Positions 1 through 11,700 of a stretch of 64,000 nucleotides of DNA are shown here, piece by piece. The position numbers and the translations under genes were made by a program. This DNA is from Felis catus (Eukaryota): contig NC_058369.1 of NCBI RefSeq assembly GCF_018350175.1, forward strand, positions 16,432,001 through 16,496,000, read 5' to 3'. The notes beneath the pieces were generated by a model. It worked only from the letters and a program-made list of their open reading frames with translations. It had not been told where the DNA came from and made no database searches. The stretch's first letter is position 1, and each line of letters opens with the position of its first letter.

Positions 1-758
1 GGTTCATTCAGGTAGGATTTGCATTTCTACCAAGCATCTGAGACCACCACATTCTGGAGCCATTTATATTCTTGGCTGGAGGTTTCTCATGAGCAAACCC
101 ACACGAGGGCCAGCTCAGTTCTCAAGGGAGACCTTTTTTCAGTTCAGTCAGCGGCAAGGTTCAGTTTTCCTTTGGGATGCCAAGACAGCAGATTTATTAT
201 TCGTTCACAGAGGGAGCTGCCCTTGGGGGCCCCAGCTTTCTGGAGGGCTCTCCTACCAGGCCCCTCATTTATGCACAGCATTGCGTTATCTTAGCCCCAG
301 GCACCAAGGACCCCAAAAACCAAGACTGGTTTCAGCTGGTTTGTTACATATCTTCAAGGCAAAGGTCAGGCTTCAGCATTCTGCTGCTTCTCTTACCTAC
401 TTGCTTGAGTGTTCCTGACTTTCTTGCCAGATCAGTGATGCATTTAAAAAGTATTTGTTGTAATGACTTATTTACCTAGTGTTTTTAGCTGTTTGCAAAG
501 GGAGGATCACTTCAGGCAACTATTCTACTGTGATGCCAGAAACAGACGTGGTCAGCCATTCCTTCTTCAAGTACCTTCTGTCTCCAGGTTTCTTTTCTCC
601 ATCTCCTGTCCACTAAAGGCCATCGAGCAGTACGTCAAGGTTCTCAACCCGCCCTCTCCCTCTTCTTTCTCTCTCTCTGCCACCTTTTAGAGCTTCAGCT
701 TTCCCTTCCAATTTATCAATTCCTTCTTTGTTATTATTAGTTCCTCCAGTGAGTTGCT

Positions 759-760
<2 letters not shown>

Positions 761-799
<39 letters not shown>

Positions 800-802
800 C
801 GC
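761..802. repeat. Compound microsatellite (GT)15(GC)6
   Basis: Read directly; alternating purine-pyrimidine. Confidence 0.95.
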
Positions 803-2419
803 TGCTTATTTTCATAAACATTCTTTGTTTCCAAGATTTCTAAACAGATCTTCCTCATGCCTAATCCCTGTTCCTGAGACATGGGGCTCAGTCCCTCTTT
901 TATCTCTGTGGTAATAAAACAAACACTCATTTTAAAAGCCTGTTAGGATGTAACTGTTTCAGCTTCCTTGGGTGTAAATTCTTCCACATGTTGGGATGGT
1001 AGCCATTCTTCAAGGTGTTGGGATTTTCTCACATATTTTGTAATGTGAGTCTAAGTGCCCATCGTGTGTGATGGTTTTTGTTCTCCTCTCTCTCTCTGCC
1101 TGGCAGTTTTCTATAGGCATAGAGAGCTGTAAATGCAGAAGGAAACTTCTCATCAGCACTCGGGGCTCTTGTTCTGTGGGGCTGGCCACACTCTAGTCCT
1201 GGTGGAAAGCTAGCCGCCAGTCACCACGTGTGAGTCTCACACTGTCACGGACGAGCACCCCACTTCCTACAGCAGTCCTGGGCCAGGGACACCTTCTTAT
1301 CCTTTATTCCCAGGAAGGGAAGCACAGCTCCAGACGCTGCTTTGCAGAAGGAGTGTGGCTTTAGACCTGACACCTGTGGGCATGTCTAACCCCCACTGGT
1401 GTGGGAACCAGAGTGCTGGGTTGCCCACTGCTCAGCCAGCCACCTGCCACTTTAGCCCTATCATCCCTGCAAGTTTCTGCTCCCTTTCTGCACAAATTAC
1501 CTTCCTCGGGTAGTTGCGTACTTTTAGCTGAAAGCATTTACTTTTTTGTATGAGCATGCCGGTCTCTGTGTGCACACACTCACTCCACCACTATGACCTG
1601 GGTCCTCGGCACTGTCTGCCAGAGCCAGGCCATGTGTTCCTCCGACTGAGCACAGAGGGGATGACACCCTGGAATGACACAGGGCGGGGGTGGGAGGCTC
1701 AAGGGGAAACCCTGAAGGAGACTCAAGAGTGTAATCATTCTGGTCATGAAATTCTAGCTGGCCACAGGTACTTGGACTCGGGAGTTGTGGCCAGCCAGTC
1801 ACTCTGGAGAGTCAGCTCCAGAGAAGGCTCACGGTCCTAATGCCAGGACCCTGGGGACCCAGGGTCCATGACCACACTCAAAACCAAAGCTATGATACCC
1901 TAGTCTATATGAGCCACCCTCCCCAATACAGGGGCCCTGTCCCAGAGAAGCCACAGTCTAGCTCCAACTGTGTTGTGGGGAGAAGGGCTGCTTGGGGTTG
2001 TGCAGGGTGAGAGAGAACAGCACCAGGGGCCTGGAATCTGGAGCGGCCCAGAATGGAGCCTTGCCAGGCACAGTGCACCCCCTCCACACCCCTAGCCTCT
2101 CTCACACTGTGAGGGAGTCCACAGAGGACCAGGGTGGGAGCCCCTCCACGCTGTCCCACAGACTGCTGCGAGGCCCAGGCCCGCGAGGTTTCTCTCAGAC
2201 TCGGTCTCTGTCACCTGTGGGTTTTGACACGACTACCTTCTGGACTCAGAAGGTCAGGCCTGGGCCTTTTGCACCCCTCCAGCCTCAACATGCCCAGCCC
2301 AACACAGCACTTACTCATACTAAGCTTCACCTCTGCTTTGCCTTGGGGCCCAAACCCACAGCGCCCCAGGACTCAGAAAATATTGACAGGTTTCTGGCGC
2401 ACATACAGGTCTGCTTGTT

Positions 2420-2425
2420 TCTATT
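2420..2425 (-). terminator. Candidate variant poly(A) signal AATAGA for CCDC12
   Basis: AT-rich patch about 255 nt after the stop codon, preceded by TGTA elements (tatgtatgta). I saw no canonical AATAAA nearby on the minus strand. Confidence 0.4.
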
Positions 2426-2680
2426 TCTAGAGATAAAAGAAAGTTCAAAATACATACATATGTACAGACACAGCAAGCCCACAGGGTTGCTGTCAGCTCT
2501 GCCCCTGTCGGGGTGACGGGGACCACTCAGGAGACAAGGAGCTGACCTCACCCCACGGCGGGGGTTTCAGGCTGATGGGGCGGTTTGGCTCTGGAGGTAA
2601 CAGCAAGCCCAGCCCCACCCTTGCCCGAGACCACCCACCCACAGGACAGGCCTGACAGGGGCAAGGGGACATGGCGTGCC

Positions 2681-2763
2681 TCAGTCAGAGTCACAGGCCT
2701 CTTGCTCGGTGGTGGCGTCCACTGCAGAGGCCAGGCTGTCCTCTTGGCCTTTCAGCCTCTCAC
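2681..2763 (-). CDS. CCDC12: CCDC12 coding exon 7 ([26 protein letters not shown])
   Basis: Acceptor ccctcatccag|; TGA stop at 2683-2681; 83 nt. Confidence 0.95.
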
Positions 2764-5700
2764 CTGGATGAGGGACAGACAGAGGAGTGGGGAGGGGCCC
2801 TGTGCTTGGGCCACCACCCAGAGGGCAGGGATCCCGCCTCGCCAGGCCCTGCACTTACGGATCAGCTCGGCAATGGCCCTCTGGGTCCGTTTTTCTAGCT
2901 TCTCTAGTTTCTTGGCTACGTCTCTCTTGAGGTCCCTGGAGCAGGCAGGTGTGAGGAGGCCGAAGTTGAAGACTGGCTTGGTGTGGCCTTGGGACCCTCC
3001 CCTCCCAAAGCCCCTCTGGCATTAGGAATCACACTCAGCTGCCTGAGGAGACCACCGCGGGGAGGAGACCACCCTGGGGAGGAGGCCAGGAAGCTCCTCT
3101 CTCCCTTTCTGCACCCTCCAAAACCCAGCAGCAGTCACCCTTCCGTGTCCCGCTGAGGCAGCGACTGATGGCGCAGACCCACCAAACACGGGACCGAGTC
3201 AAGGTGTGCGAGGGTGGGTGTTATCTCAGGGTCCCTCTCAGCCTGGTCCCCTCGGTCACCATCAGGGAGTGACCTGCCCTAGCCCACTGTGGGTCCTGCT
3301 CCTCCTCTAGCCGTGTGCTCACCCTCACCACCAGGAGCTTCCAGAAGTGCACACACAGCCTATTCTCCCTGCCCAGGGATTCGGAGGACACATGCCCCGT
3401 GCTTCTGTTTCGACAAATGAGAACACCTTCGGTGGTGCTGTACTTGTCACAGAATCGCTGGTGAGGGATGTGGCCTGCACCTCTGGCCCAAGGTCAAGCA
3501 GAACACAAGCCCCAGGCCACATGGCCCCTCTCTCCCCCACTCTGTATCAGCCTGGTCACAGGGGCATCGGGAAAGGATGAGCAGCCCCATTTCACAGAAG
3601 AGGAAACTGAGGACAAAGCACAACAGGCCAGTGGCAGCAGAACTGGGCATCAATCTATACCTGCCCTCCCCATCCTCTCGCCTCCATCCTGTGGCTCCTT
3701 GAGGGCCAAGGCCGGCCTTGCTCAAATGGAGCTCTCTGAGGTGGCCGGACCCCCACCCTTGCAACAGGGACTTCTTCAAGGGACTGCTGCTCCTCACCCT
3801 CCCGGAGCCCCTCCCCCGCCCTCCAGGTGTCACCCCCATGGCCACCCTCTCATTCTCCACTTCTGTCCTGTCAGCACGTTCTTTGGACAGCAAGTGTCCA
3901 CACTGTCCGTCTCCCTGCTGTGAGGTGGGAGAGGCCCAGCCCGAGGGCCGTGTCTGGCACCCAGAGCGGCCGGTGGGTCCGCGCGAGTCCTGCAGCGGCG
4001 GCACTCACCAGTCAGGCTTCCGGGGCGCGAGGTTGGCCAGGTCCTGGGGAGGAAGAGACACGTGTCAGGACCGGAGGGCCCCTGCTCCAGGGCACGTGGG
4101 CAGACAGGGGACTGAGGCAGAAAGTGGGAGAAAGGGAGGGAGAAAGGAGGGGTGTGGGAAAAGGGGGTGGAAGGGAATGTAGAAGTGGAGAGGAGGAAGA
4201 GGGAAGTAGGAGGGAGGAGAGCCGTGGGGGAGGAGAAAAGGGCCCACGACGGGGGCCACTCACCACTTCCTCGATGACGGGCTCTGGTTTGGCGGCCTCC
4301 AGCTGCTCCTTCACCTTCTCTTCCACTAGAGGGTGCAAGACAACAACACAGGCCTTCGGAAAGGGGCCGCCACTCTCCCTGAGGCCCACGAGGCACACCC
4401 GGCACCCCGCACGGGAGAGGGGGAGGGTGCGGAACGGGCTCCCCCCGAGACCCTGGGCTCTCTCACCCCCACCTCTCCCGGGGCACCCAACCTCCAGAGG
4501 CGAAGACTCTGCAAAGGCAGCCGTGGAGGCAGGCCTGGGTTTCCCCGGATGACAGCCAACCTGGGGCGAAGGAGGGCCGGCAGGAGGCAGACGGCTAGAG
4601 TAGACAGAGCCCAGACCTCCAGCAGGGAAGCATGGCCAGTATTCTCGGCCCTTCTCCCCAGCTGGGAAATGAGAGAGCTGCCTTGGTATATCCACAGGAT
4701 GGTTCTGCGAAGAGCTGTGAGGACTGGCTTTCCCACAATCTCCAGGGGCTCCTGGGCTCTGAGGACATCCTCTGGGCCCTGGACTAGCTGGGGCACAGGT
4801 GGCTTTTCTTCCCATCCCACTTGGATATGTGCTCGCAAGGATACATGCTCCCCACCTTGGGGAGCCCTGACCTCACGCGCCTCCCAGCTATGCCCAGCGG
4901 CTGACGGCACCCTAACCCTAACCCTAACCCTAACCCTAACCCTAACCCTGGGTGGGGAGAGCAGGAGAGCCTGCCTAGACCCAGGCGCACTAACAAGTCT
5001 GGGCTCCGGACGCTTCCTCCAACCACCCCCACCGCCACCCCCCCCCCCCCCACCACTCCCCGTCACTGTGGCCACATGTTGCCTCACCTGCCTCCAGCCA
5101 CAGATGCTGAAGCCGCAGGACGGGACCACTCCCCGCCCCTCTCCCCGGTCCCGCCTACTGCCCCCACCATGGGGGCCCAAACCACGAAGCGAACCACCTA
5201 AGAAGCACACGAATCTTGAGGTGAACAACTGGGGAAGTAGACGAGGGTGGGGCGGGGGTGGCTGAATGGGCAACAATTTGCTGTCTTCAAGATAAATGTA
5301 CTTATTCATTTATAATTTGTATAATTAGAAACTGGTAACAGAAACGAAGGATAAAAACAGGGCCAGGGGTCTACGTGGTAAGTGTTCTGCATCTCCAGTG
5401 TGGAGCATCTCCAGAAGCTCCCGGCTGCTGTGCTGCTCCCCACGCCACGAGACCGGGCAGCCCCACGGCCAGGCCGCTCACACAGGGACACCTGCCGTCA
5501 GGGACACCTTCTCCATCCTCTGCGCTCTGGCACTGCCACGCCTCGCAGCCGGCGGGCACCTGCCCGCCCGCTGCTCTCTGAGCACCTGAGTGGTCAGCTC
5601 TTCTCCAGGGTCTCTCACTCTGACCCCCAAGTGCCGCCAGGATCCATCCCCACCTATGCCCCTGCCCCTGTTGCCCCTTCCACGTCTCAGCCCAGAGAGG

Positions 5701-8700
5701 TCCTTTAGGGGAATGGGGCCTCTTCTCTCGCAGGTCCCCGGAAGGCCCTCCAGCCGTGCCCTGACCACCTCTCTGCTGTCACTCAGCACTGACCACTTCT
5801 GGATGGCTGTGAGACGTTGCCAGGGGTCCTGGAGGCCCAACTTCCAGGCCTGGCACTGCCAGTTACCCTCCAAGAGAGGACGACACCTGACAACGTGGAG
5901 GCGGCTGACGGCGCCTTGGAGGTGGAAAGCTGCGGCCCACCTACCGGCGACTGGCTTGGCCTGGGGCACCCTCCTCCTCTTCAGGTCCTCGTCCTCTGGG
6001 ACATAGTTCCGCAGCCTGAGTTCCCTATGAGAGGAGATGACAAGCAGAGATGGAGCGAAGCACGTGGCAGTCTCGTTCACCTCGTACACCTGAAGGTCGG
6101 ACTGTGAGGAAGCCACACGAGCCGGTGACTTCTAGACTTTCCTCCGGTCTCTCTGGAGACGGCCTGGTGAAGAGGGAGAGCACGGGAACAGAAGGACCAT
6201 AGGGACGGGCCCCCCTCTCCATGCAGCCCCGTCATCTGCCGGGGAGCAGCTGGGCGGGTCACTCCGCCAAGGCCCCGCCCGCACCGTAGGTTCGCCCAGA
6301 GCTGGGGCCAGGGATGCCTGGGAGCATTCTCTGGCTGTCTCTCCTGGATGAGCCCCATCTGACAGCCGGGAGAACTGAGGGTCAGAGAGACTGGAGCATT
6401 TTCATAAGGTCTCACAGCAGTGGCTGCAGCGTCTGACCCGGAGTCAGGGCCGGAGCTCCCGGGCTGAGTTTCCCCTACAGGACAAAGCCGGTGGTCACCC
6501 ACTGTTTCTCCAAGCCTGGCTTCCTTCTTAGAGCCTTTGTGGCCTGGAGCCGCTGGCACAGACCTCAGCTCCTGGTGGCAGGGGTGTGTGCGTGCGAGGA
6601 GTAGCCGGCAAGGGTGAAGGACAGGCACGACAGCGTGCAAGGCTGGGATAGCCGGAAGAACTGCATGGCCCCGCGCCCACAAGAGGGCTTTAAAACGCTA
6701 CTGGGCAGACCCCAAGACCTCCGTGAAGGGAGGGGAGCTGTGAGGGACCAGGATCACACACTGGGCCCGGCCAGCAACAGCGCTGTTACTTTCCTCTCAC
6801 GTCAGTCCCCTTGGGCAGGGGTGGCCTCCACACCAGGCGTGTGCTGGGGTCTCCCTGGCTCAGCAGCTCATCAATCCCGACCCCCACACAGGGAAGCTTG
6901 ACCACAGGAGAAACGGCCCCAGGCTCCCTCCACGGGCTGGCAAAGTGACACTTTGCATGTGGGGGCTGCTGCTTCATAAAGGCAAGACAGACTGTGGGAC
7001 AGACCATTTCCACTCTAGGGAAGCAGAACAGCCTCCTGACATGCCAACCAGGTGAGCCTGGGAGGTGGGTCCTCCTTCGCTACGTCTTCTGAGCCCCTCA
7101 ACGGCTGCTGGCCCCTCAGAAGTCCAGGGATGGTTTTCCCAGCAGGAGGGCTCCCACAGTCCATCACCTACCAAACCCTCTGTGCCGGGCAAAACCGCTG
7201 CTGAGGTCCCCTGTGCAGGCAAGTTGTTCTACAGATGAGGCAGCAGGTGTCTGTGGCCACACACCCAGCAAGTGGCAGAGGTCTGAATCTGGGAGCTTTC
7301 TGTTGCCAACCAGTCCCTATCACCAGCTCTGGCAGCCCCCTTCTCTGCCAGGGCCCCATGCCCAGAGTCCACGGCGCTAAGAGCAGGACACCCACCCTGT
7401 CCTCTACCTTCTAGCGCCTCCTGCAGGCCTGCTGGTAAATGCCACGGAAGCACCAGCAGAGAAAGTGGGGCATGATTCGGTACACTGACTTTCGTTCACA
7501 ACAAGGTAGTGAGAAAAGCAGAAGAGAAACTGGGTGTGGGAAGAAAACTGCATGGACTAGTGAGAAAAAAAAAAAAAAAAACAACTATCGCTCTCAGAAA
7601 CCAGCTTCAGGGTTTTGTGAGAAATCAGCAGGAGAGAGGGGAGTCTGCTGGGAACTGGACCCAGAGCTCGAAGCCCCAGGAACAAGTACCCGCGCCCCAG
7701 CCGCCTTGCTGCCCAGGCTTCGTAAGATGTTGGAACAGGGAAGACACAGCAGGGGGACAGGGAGAGGGCAGCACAATAGGAAAGAGCAGCACTGGCGGGG
7801 GCGGGGGCGGGGGGGGGGGGGAGGAGGCTGGCCACACAGCAGCCCCATCCCCCACAGCAGTGCTACCGCCCAGCGTCCCCTGCTCTCCCTGGGAGCTGAG
7901 CACCAGTCCAGTAGTCGAGAACACCTGTGTCCCAGTCACTGTGGGACCATCCCATTCTCGGCCTCAGCTTCCACATCGTTAAACAAGAAGGGTATGTCCA
8001 GCTCCGTCAAGCTACATCCAAGCCCTCTCTGATTCACTCTGTGAGAGCTCATGAAGAGATAGCCTCTAATGAATGCCCAGTTACCTGCCCTGCCCTCGGC
8101 CCCCACCCCTGAAGGGCAGGAGTCTCTGTGACAGGTCATGGGGGCACTGGGTTCTGCTCCAGGGCCTGGCTTTTCTAACACAGAGCCGAGGTTTAACCCC
8201 CTGCTTCTGAAAATGGCTGAAAACACCTGACAAGAGACATACTTTTATTTATTTATTTATGTTTGTTTGTTTGTTTATTTATTTTTACCGTTTATTCACT
8301 TTTGAGAGAGAGAGACAGAGCGTGAGCAGGAGAGGGGCAGAGAGAGGGGGAGACACAGAACCCGAAGCAGGCTCCAGGCTCTGAGCTGTCAGCACAGAGC
8401 CCGATGCGGGGCTCGAACTCACAAACCGTGAGATCATGACCTGAGCTGAAGTCGGACGCGTAACCAACTGAGCCACCCAGGAGCCCCGAGACATATTTTA
8501 AAAAATCCGTTAGCCTTGGACAAGCCCCAAGGCAACCAGGATCTGAGGGACTGCAATCATAGGAAGGGCAAGTGTGACAGGTGAGCCTGACACTGGGCAC
8601 CTCATCACCCCATCTCCCCTAAAGCATCTATTTACGAGCAGAGGCTGCACAGCTGAGACCCCAAGGAGAGCTCCCTGCAATCTCATGTGGCCGAAGAGAT

Positions 8701-11700
8701 AAAAGTATCCATCAGTGCAGGAAGGAAGCCTCTTCCCCAGTCCTGAGAGGGTGGGTCAGGGCACCCCTAGTCTAACTGCCTGCCCGAAGCTCGAATACAT
8801 CTTCCCTGGAGGAAAATAACCGATTCAGAACCCCATATTATCTCTAAGATTTTTCATACACAACATCCAGGATTCAACCAAAGCCATGAGAAAAGAAAAT
8901 AATAATAAAGGTGACAGAAACACACTCACAGGAGATCCAGATATTAAAATGATTAGAAATGAAATATAGGGGCACCTGGGTGGCTCAGTTGGTAAAATAT
9001 CTGACCTTGGCTCAGGTCATCATCTCACAGTTTGTGGGTTCAAGCCCCGCATAGGGCTTTCTGCTCTAAGCACAAAGCCTGCTTCAGATCCTGTCTGTCT
9101 TTCTGTCTCTCTCTCTCTCTGCCCCTCCCCTGCGCTCGTTCTCACTCTCTCACTCAAAAAAATAAACATTTAGGGGCGCCTGGGTGGCTCAGTCGGTTAA
9201 GCGTCTGGCTTCAGCTCAGGTCATGATCTCGTGGTTTGTGAGTTAGAGCCCTGCATCGGGCTCTGTGCTGACAGCTCGGAGCCTGGAGCCTGTTTTGGAT
9301 TCTGTGTCTCCCTCTTTCTCTGCCCCTCCCCCGCTCATGCTCTGTCTCGGACTCTCTCAAAAATAAATAAACATTAGAAAAAAAAATCTAAAAATAAATA
9401 AATGTTTTTTAAAAAGAAATGAAATATAAAATAACTGAAATTTGGGGGTGCCTGGGTGGCTTAGTCGGTTAAGTGACCGACTTTAGCTCAGGTCATGATC
9501 TTGTAGTTTGTGAGTTGAGCCCCACATCAGGCTCACTACTGTCAGTGCAGAACCTGCTTCGGACCCTCTCTCCCCTTCCCTCTGCCGTTCCCCTGCTCGT
9601 GCTTGCTCTCTTTCTCAAAAATAAATAAACATTAAAATAAAATAAAAATAAAAATAAAATAACATAGCACATTTTTTAAAGTTCAGGAAGATATACCACA
9701 AGGTGGAGAATTTCAGCAGAGTATCTGAAACTGTAAAACTTAATGAAATGGAAATTCTGCAACTGAAAATCAACCAAAGTTAAGAACTCAATAAATGGAT
9801 TTAACAGCAGTTTAAAACAGCTAGAGAAAGGGTTCGTGAACCACCAGTAAGTCAGAAAATACCCAGACTGAGGCACAGAGGGAAAAAAGTTGGAAAACAG
9901 AGAAAAGAACATAAGAAACCTATGGGACATAGCAAGAAGATCTAACATACATATAACGACAGCCCCAGAAGCAACGTTTAAAGAGATAATAGCGGGGGGC
10001 ACCAGAGCAGCTCAGTCAGTTAAGTGCCAACTCTTGATTTCGGCTCAGGGCACAATCTCACAGTCCGTGAGTTCAAGCTCTGCATCAGGCTCCATGCTGA
10101 CAGCGCAGAGCCTGCTTGGGATTCTCTCTCTCTTTCCCTCTCTCTCTGCCCCTCCCCTGGTCGTGCCTGTACACTTTCTCTCTCTAAAAATAAATAAAAC
10201 ATTAAGAAAAGAGAGAGATAATAACTGAAGATTTTACATAATAAGTGGAAAACATCAAGCCATACAATATACACAGATTAAAGAAACACTATGAACCCCA
10301 AAGAAGAGCACACCTGGGCAAATCATTATCAAACTCCTAAACACCAAAGACAAAGAGAAAATTCTTAAATTCAACAGACACCTGATCTTCAAAGGAGAAA
10401 TAAAACGGACAGCTGATTTCTCGACAGAAACAATGGAAACCGACAATGGGGTGATATGGCCAGAGAAAGAAAAGTTGGCGAAACTGGTTGTCAGGGAATC
10501 TGTTCTTTACTAAAGGGAGTGCTTTTGACAGAAGGAAAATGACCTCAGATGAGAGCAATCAAACTGCAGGTAGGAATTAAACGCCTCAGAAAGAGTAACT
10601 ATGTGGGGAAATCTAAATGAATATTGACTGCACAAAAGAGTAAAAATGACTTGTGGGATTGAAAATGCAGCAGCAACAGCACTAGAGACGGGAAGAACCA
10701 TCCATGGTGTGAGAATGTTCTGCAGTCCTGGCGTCGCATGGGAAACGGCACAGTGTTACTTTATGTTGGACTTCGGTAAGTTCAGGATGTATGTTGTATC
10801 CCTACGGAAACCCCTAACGGGAAAAAGAGTATATAATTAACAAGTTATATTAACAGGAAATGGAATGATCAAAAACAAAACAAAAATCCAAAAAACCAAA
10901 ATTGAGATAAAAAAGGAAAGCTGCGGGGCGCCTGGGTGGCGCAGTCGGTTGGGCGTCCGACTTCAGCCAGGTCATGATCTCGCGGTCCGTGAGTTCGAGC
11001 CCTGCGTCAGGCTCTGGGCTGATGGCTCAGAGCCTGGAGCCTGTTTCCGATTCTGTGTCTCCCTCTCTCTCTCTGCCCCTCCCCCGTTCATGCTCTGTCT
11101 CTCTCTGTCCCAAAAAATAAATAAACGTTGAAAAAAAAGGAAAGCTGAGAAACAACAGGTTCACACACAAAACGGGCCCAGGCCGCCATCCTGGGGGCTC
11201 CCCACGGCGGCATCTGGCGGTATCCGGAGCTGCCACAGCTCTGGGAGGCTGGGAGACGGGACTACACCACGCCAGCCGGGCCCCTCGGAAGCTGCCACAG
11301 TCACTAGGCAGACAGTGGCATCTGGAGCTCACTCTTCTAGAGGCCACTGGAGCCACGCACAGGTTCTGCTACCCTGGTCTTAGAATGTGGAGGCGCGGTG
11401 GGAGGAGGTGCTGGAGCCCGAGGCTCCTAACAGGGTGACCTGGGTCCAAATCCCAGCTTTGATGCTTCCGAGACAAGGATGGGAAGGGTCATGCTCTCAC
11501 TGGCTTCCACATGGAAATCAAAGACACCTTGATTTCATGAGGCTGTGTAAGGGATTCAAGCTGTGGACATCGATACTGAACAGAGTAGTGCCCTGCAGCA
11601 CAGAGTCAAATCTCCCAGGAGTGCCTTGTTCTCACTCCACAATGCTGCCCCAGAAGCCCCGCCCCATACCCCAAGGGCTCCACCTGCCAGGGTGGGAATA

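Larger units (their letters stand above)
8620..10900 (+). mobile_element. Old L1 remnant (5'/ORF1 region), interrupted by SINEs
   Basis: A-rich; residual ORF1p-like peptide [19 protein letters not shown] at 9890; ORF1 C-terminal-like 'acagctgatttctcgacagaaacaatgga'. Confidence 0.7.

Noticed and set aside
4326..5309. Long ORFs of 327 aa (-) and 310 aa (+) with RVRVRV / LTLTLT and poly-G/P tracts
   Set aside because: They lie in CCDC12 intron 3; the low-complexity peptides are translations of the telomeric array and C-runs in GC-rich, stop-poor DNA.
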